Source of the DNA: Ginglymostoma cirratum
Taxonomy: Eukaryota
Direction of reading: 5' to 3'
Length of the DNA stretch: 64,000 nucleotides
Assembly: GCA_024137785.1 (NCBI GenBank)
Contig: JAHRHZ010000062.1
Location: 42,935,933-42,999,932 of the forward strand
Shown: positions 62,776 to 64,000 of the stretch, piece by piece
Layout of the letters: each line of letters opens with the position of its first letter
Numbering within the stretch: position 1 is the stretch's first letter
The notes under the pieces: generated by a model
The model's database searches: none
What the model saw: only the letters and a program-made list of their open reading frames with translations
What the model was told of the DNA's origin: nothing
Made by a program: the position numbers and the translations under genes

Positions 62776-64000
62776 ACACCCCCTGCCATCCCAGTCAAAG
62801 TACTAATTTATAGGGGATCTAACTTTGTTTCATAACTTTCTGGAAAGTTTTCCTATAGGATTTCTAATTAGAGTTGCTGCACACTTGCTGTCTTAAACAC
62901 TTTGAAACAGAAACAGGCCCCTGGAAGTCTCGTTTATTTTTTCCCACTTTGATCCTGTGGCTCATGGTATGGAGACTTTAATTAGATTTTCAATTAATTG
63001 CCATCAATCGAGCATCATCCTGTTTCTGGCACACAATGTTTAGCTTTAGCTCCCTCTAATGTTCATTGGTTGATGGCAAATACCATGAGATTATCTGAGA
63101 TCAATTGACTGACTTTCAATTTCATCAGTGTTCACCTTTTTAAAAGCAACAGTATCAATTTATGCACTGGCTGCAGTGTACAAAAATCACAAACCTTGTC
63201 AACAAGCATAACGATAAAAACATTGAGACTAGGTGTGATTGTAACCATGATCGAAATGTGTTTTAAAGAGGGACTTGTTCGAGGAAGGGGAAAAGACGGT
63301 GATTTTTGGGAGGCAATTCTGGTATTTGAGGTAAATACAAGTTACAGCTGTTAATGTCAGAGTAAACAATATGGATGTGCAAGACTATAGCTGGGGATCC
63401 AGTGTTCTGGAAGTGGTTTGTACTGGTGGACAAGGCTAAGGATAGGGAACAGCTTGGCCATAACAGAATTACCTGAATGTTCACAGTAAAAAAACAGCAG
63501 CCAAGCTTTGTTCTAGATTTGATTGTGTGAAGCTGTTTGTTTGCCTCTAGTGATGGTGTAGATATTCTGCGTTCTGTAGCAGCCTTTTTAGCCAGTGTGG
63601 TGTTGCTGTACCAAGCGAAACAACATACTGGTGCATAGTTTTAACTTTGCGAGGCCCTTAGTACTGTTGATTTTAGTGTTGTAATGTTGTCCCAGGTCTC
63701 TGCAAAAGGCCCTTTAGTCACGTTCCCCTTTCCTGTTGCTGGAAGGTTAATCTTTGTAGATCAGAGGTTTTACTGGGCTTGATTTTTCACTTGTCTATCA
63801 ATCTATGGCCACCTCACCCAATTGATTATCCTTTATTTGTGAACCCTAACAATACTACATGCTAGGATATTTGACTGCAGGTGCATCATATCCGAGCCCT
63901 GTCACTTCCTTCCCCTATCTTTGATTCTGCCCTAGTGGGGTTAAATGGGAACAGGGCTGATTTTCTTTGAGGACAAATGCTGCTCAGCACAGACCATGGA

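Noticed and set aside
49152-64000. CD81 exon 3 (expected ..YILIAVGAVMMFVGFLGCYGAIQE..)
   Set aside because: Not found by eye after checking several AG acceptors (~57988, ~59139, ~63880). Presumed to lie beyond the window.

Overview
Vertebrate genomic DNA, almost certainly a cartilaginous fish (shark): AT-rich, CpG-depleted and dense in HE1-type SINE, CR1/L2 LINE and Penelope-like repeats. Most ORFs in the six-frame track are spurious. Reading splice sites directly gives two tandem + strand tetraspanin genes. The first is the 3' half of TSPAN32 (five coding exons of 75/102/87/84/96 nt at 4082-27108), which the ORF track misses entirely. The second is the 5' part of CD81 (CpG-rich promoter, exon 1 at 37380-37445, exon 2 at 49037-49151; later exons lie beyond the window). 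The rest is intronic or intergenic and contains a decayed Gypsy element with LTR and PBS, a probable solo LTR, a probable Harbinger Myb-like remnant, many CR1/L2 fragments, SINEs, minisatellites and two assembly gaps. I found no new protein-coding system. The strongest unexplained signals are: (i) a Penelope-like element family carrying minimal hammerhead ribozymes, with many short fold-back derivatives bounded by 14-15 bp target-site duplications; (ii) a CD81 promoter built from a 30-bp minisatellite of CCAAT boxes; (iii) a short-tailed TSPAN32 whose stop codon overlaps a possible splice donor; (iv) a ~110-bp long-range inverted repeat in a TSPAN32 intron. Comparisons to human proteins are from memory, and repeat boundaries are approximate unless a TSD is cited.
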